This document shows positions 59,686 through 64,000 of a DNA stretch of 64,000 bases, piece after piece. Source of the DNA: Amoebophrya sp. A120 (lineage: Eukaryota; Protista; Dinoflagellata). Position numbers and translations under genes: made by a program. Under the pieces are notes generated by a model that was given only the letters and a program-made list of their open reading frames with translations, had not been told where the DNA came from and made no database searches. Position 1 is the first letter of the stretch; every line of letters begins with the position of its first letter. The DNA lies in NCBI GenBank assembly GCA_905178155.1, contig CAJINV010000002.1, forward strand, positions 4,893,709 through 4,957,708, in the 5' to 3' direction.

Positions 59686-62600
59686 TCACTGGTGCTCTTG
59701 TAGTACTTTCTTATTCGTCGTGCCCGTGGTCGTCGTGGTGATCTCGTTTATTCCAGCAGCATAACCATCGGCATGGTGCGCAAAATTAGTTTCTTGGTGG
59801 CAGACGCCATACTGATCCCGTTGGTTGGTGTTGCTGAGATTCGGATCAATATATTCAAGCTTGTGGTCTTCTTCAAATTGCAGCCACATTTTGCTCTTCC
59901 CGGTCATCTTTGATACCGGCCCGCCGGTTCCCGTCGTTGATGCGGGAGATGTTCTAGATCTTACATACTGCATGTAGTTGTTTTGCGCAGATGGTGATGT
60001 TTCGCGGGGGGTTTTTCGAACAACGGAGGAATGATTTCTCCCTCTGCTCTCATGCCGGCGCAGCCGCCGAGGATCTTCATCTTCTCCTCTAGATCTAGCC
60101 TGAGTTGTCCCACAGAGAAAATTCAGACTCGTTTCCATGATGCTCCCGCAGGTGAACCTCGCGCTGTTTGTCCTCGTAGTTCTTTGTGCTGGCAGCTTGT
60201 GGTCATTATTTCTACTCCTACCGCGGCCCTGTGTCTGATCTGCAAGAAATCTTTCACCGGAACCTCTCCCACCTTTACCAAGCCCGACGTCCGCGTACCT
60301 CCCCGGGTGGTTCTTCATCTGCAGCAACTCCTGCAGTCTCGTCTGCTCCCTTTTCTGAAGGCAGAAGTACGCCAGGAGGAAGAGTATCGTGCAGTAGATG
60401 ACCATCGTCAGCAGCTCTTCCGTGCCGTACTTTTCGTAGAGGGAGATGTTCTCATGCTCATCCTTATCAACTGCAAATATGTCTGGGTCAGGGAATAACG
60501 TGGAACCTGTCTTGCTTGGCTTGCTTTTAAAATGACTTATACAAATAAAGCACGAGCTGCTTTTTTGGTCATGCAAAAACGCAGCTTGCTTCTGACGCAC
60601 GCTACGCATAAAAAGAGATCTCAAATCTTTGTTATGTTTGGCTGCACTCGAGAGGAAGATACTCAGCCATTACAATCCAGCATCACCTCACCAGTTCCAT
60701 CCAGACCCAGATGACATAATTGCATCGCATAGTCGTGTTCTCCTTTATTCGTGAATAAAGGGTGTTGCTCTATTAATGGTTGGACGTAGGTTTTCTCGTA
60801 GTGGTAATCATGATCTTGTTCAACATGTTCAACATCGGGCAACCCAAATTGTGCACCGTCTGTTTGTTCCCCAGTGTCTTCTTCCTTTGGAGAGATGGTC
60901 ATAGCCGCCTCGTCCGTCAAGACGTGTTCTTGTGCTTGGCCGTTCTCGATGTTCTTCCGCTCGCGTAGTTCTCGGCTTTTCTGCTCCTCGAGCATCTTCT
61001 TTGTGCTGCCCCGGAGGTTCATGTGCGTGGTCTGTGCCATGGCAGGTTTAGTTCCGGCTGCCGTTGTTGCTGGCCCTGGCACCTCATCGTGATGACGTTC
61101 TGGTGTTGCTGTGCCAGCGTCCTCTTCGAGCGGCATTGCGGTTTGTTCAGCACTGCCTGTAGTACCTCCGTCCGCAGCAGCGACTTTCGCTTTCAGCTTC
61201 GACGTGCCGCGGAGGTTGTACTTTCTTGTCGTGCTCTGCTGGTGGTTCGGCGCTTCTCCACCTGTGGTAGTTTTAGCCTGAGCTCCAAACACCGCAGGCT
61301 CCGTCTCCTTTTCGAACAACGCGTGTGTCACCGTGTCGTACTCAAACTTCGTCCATGTTTTCCTCTCTGCGCTCCCGGCCCACCACGTCTCAATCAAGTG
61401 CGTATTGATCGACGCGCTCTTTTGGAAGGGGGCGATCGTCCAGTCTTTGAACCAGATCAAATTCGTAGTCCCGTCTTTGTACCAGTCCACCAGAGGCTTG
61501 CTCTCCTCTTGGTTCTTGTTGGCGTGTTCTTCTTCTCGTCGGCTCTTCTTGCTGTAGTCTTTGTTCTTCCGGTTCGGGTTGTCGACGCCTCGCCGCCCCT
61601 TCCCCCGACCTGCGCCTTGAGACGAGTGACCCCGAGAGGAAAAAGTGGTCTTCTCCACCGACGCAGCACCATTCAGGTAGAAGTTGTTCTTTCCCCCTGG
61701 TGCGGCAGAAGAAGTTTCACTTGCTGTAGCAGTCGTGGTTCCACCAGTAGTACCGCCTCGCGCGGGCGGACCAGGCACTGAATGACCGGATCCGGAGCGA
61801 GGCGCCAGCAGCTTATTTTCCGCCGGTCTCATATTATAGTTTTGCTGCTCCTGCTCCATCTCCTGCTGCTGTACTACTTGTTTTTGCTGTGCTGCTCCTG
61901 CAGCTGCTCCCCCCTGTAGAAACGACAACGCAACATCCAAGTCATTGTCCTCCAACTCCGGATCTATATCTGCCGCTTCCTTCCGGTTCACCACCGGCGC
62001 AATGAAAACAAATCCGTCCTCGTCTGGAGCACCAGCTTGTCTTGTTTCATCTCTCACTCGACCCGTGTTTGTCGCGACATGATCAACATCCGAGGGCCTG
62101 CTTGAAGATGATGTCGCCAGGAACGACGAGGAGGGGCTCTGCTTGGGCCCGCCAACACCCGCCAAAACCGCACCGTTTCCCGTGGCGTTCAAATGCACGG
62201 TGGGGTCCACCTCGGCGGTTCTGTCTTGCAACAGGTCCGACAGCCACTTTTCTTTCGCGGTTTCAGGAATGGTGGGGTTCGTGATCGGTTTCCCGACGCC
62301 GATTTCCAGTGCTGGATTTGGATTTTCATCCGGTGCTGCAGTCGGCTGCCGCTCGTGGTCCCTCGCCGCCTGCAAATTTTCCCAGTGCGCTTGTCTCGCT
62401 GTTTCCAACGCCTTCTGCTGCGCTTTTTCTTTCGCGAGCTGCCGTGCGCGGAGCTGCGATTGCTCCTCCGCGACACCATTCTGTTCCGCTGCGTCCTGTT
62501 CTCTCTGCTGCCGCTGTTGCTGCTGCAGCAGGATGTGCTGCTTCAGTTTTTCCTGCATCAGCTGCTGCCTCTCAAGCTGGAGTTGCTGCATTTTTTCCTT

Positions 62601-64000
62601 GTCTGCGTGGTTCATCTGCATGACAAAGGGATCATCCACAAGCGAGGACTGCTGTAGCCCCGATTCTCGTTGTTGCTCGTGGTTAGAAGTGGCAGAGAGT
62701 CCAAGGAATTGTTTTGCTCCTTCTGGAGGCGTTACATACGACGAAAAAGATGTCGCGCTGCCTCGGAGCAGCGAAGAGGGATCTTCATCCCCCAAGGCCA
62801 ATAGCTCGCTCTTGTTTTCTTCCGCATCAGCTGCAGCTGTGGTGGCTCGGGCCTGCTGTAGCTGCTGGAGTTGCTGCGCGGCTTGTAACTTTTCCCCTTG
62901 CCGCAGCGGGTGCTGCAGCTTTTGCTGTCGCAGCATCTTTTTCAGGTAAGTCGTGCTGTAGCCCGGGTACTGTTCGTGGAGCGCTTGCAGCTGCTGCTGT
63001 TGCTGCGTCGACTGCGCCTCCTGCTGGGCCGCTTCTTGTCGCTCCTGTGCACCGCTTATCACTTTTTCATCTCCGCCACCGAATCGCTGATCTTTCGGAA
63101 CGGCCCCTTCCGGCAAAAGTTCCGTGTCGGCCAAGGGCGGGGTTTGGGGGAAGTCTTCTCGTTCTTCCGCCTGACTGTCATCATGATGCCCCAGCAAAGG
63201 CGTAGTTTGCGCCGGGTCTACTGTGTGTGCTCGTTCGAACGGCGTCACGTGCCGTTCCGCGGCTTGCTGCGCAATCGCGTCTCTCGCGCGTCCTTGCTCC
63301 GCGAGTGCAGCCTGCGCGATGGCTGCCCGCAACGGGTAAGAGCCCTCTCCACCTGGAGCTGGAATCTGCATAGTCTTCTCGTCCGCTGCAGTCGCTGCTT
63401 GGGAGCTGACGCCATGATGCTGCGTAGGGTCGCTGTGGCTCGGGCTCGCGTTCGTGGCGTCGTTGAGCGGGTCGGCGCCGGGCCTGGGGTGCAGTTGCGC
63501 GGCAGCCGGGAGGCCGAAGATTTTTTGCGGGTGGGCTTGTTGGTATTCTTGCAGCTCATCTACTTCCGCTGCAGGCACAGTTCGTTGACCTACTCCGGCC
63601 GCCGCAGCGTCTGCACGTCCACTCGCGTTCTCGTCCACTGCCGTTTGAATCTGTTGCAGAATTGCGTCCGCCTCCTTCTGCGCAGCTCTCTCCGCTTCCG
63701 CCCGCTCCGCCTCTTCCTGCTCCTGCTGGCGCTTCCACTCTGCTTCTGCCTCTTGCCTTTCTTGTTCCCGCTGCGCTCCTTCCTCCTTCAACTTTTGTAG
63801 CTTTTCTTGCTCCAGTCGATTCTCCTCCCCTACCTTCTTCCCGTTCTGCGCGGCCACCAAAGCCTCCCGCTTTCCCGCGGCGGAATTGCGCAGCCGCGCT
63901 TTGTCTTCTTCCTCTCGTTGGTGGGCGTCCTGCTTTTCCTTCGCGCGGACCCGCTCCTGCGCCTGCCCCGCTTTCCGCTTCTGGTGCAACTTACTCCCCA
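59686..64000 (-). CDS. Large Q/A/E-rich protein with one C-proximal TM helix; 5' end outside the window; 1 introner
   Basis: The frame is open to the window edge. Removing 60465-60736 joins GEHD|EHENISLYEKYGTEELLTMVIYCTILFLLAYFCL. Confidence 0.75.
60465..60731. mobile_element. Degenerate introner, family B-like
   Basis: 267 bp, degenerate DR atcct/gtcgt. Confidence 0.82.

Noticed and set aside
9232-63800. Long plus-strand ORFs (e.g. 9232-10248, 12423-13268, 22634-23488, 62898-63800)
   Set aside because: Antisense shadows of the minus-strand genes with no recognisable motifs.
1-64000. rRNA, tRNA or snRNA genes
   Set aside because: None recognised by eye; a covariance-model search would be needed to exclude them.

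Overview
Eukaryotic, gene-dense window. All 12 recognisable protein-coding genes lie on the minus strand as one unidirectional block, and their proteins are rich in low-complexity Q/S/T/G/N expansions. The dominant feature is 38 short elements (151-328 bp; one is 1016 bp because of a nested insert) from at least 8 sequence families. Each has terminal inverted repeats, nearly always begins TAT and ends ATA, is flanked by a 5-bp direct repeat, and sits inside a coding sequence. Deleting each element plus one direct-repeat copy restores the reading frame in all 38 cases, so they behave as non-canonical (non GT-AG) introns, i.e. introners. They work in either orientation and coexist with ordinary GT-AG introns. 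This architecture matches what has been described for the parasitic dinoflagellate Amoebophrya (Syndiniales); that assignment is inferred from the architecture, not from a database search. Reconstructed genes include a GH7 cellulase-like protein, a scramblase, a ~4670-aa PH-domain protein split by 15 introners, a cyclic-nucleotide-binding cation channel, an ODF3/STPG-like protein with only canonical introns, an Fe(II)/2OG dioxygenase and an IQ-motif protein. All coordinates were read by hand, and exact splice points within each 5-bp repeat are ambiguous.
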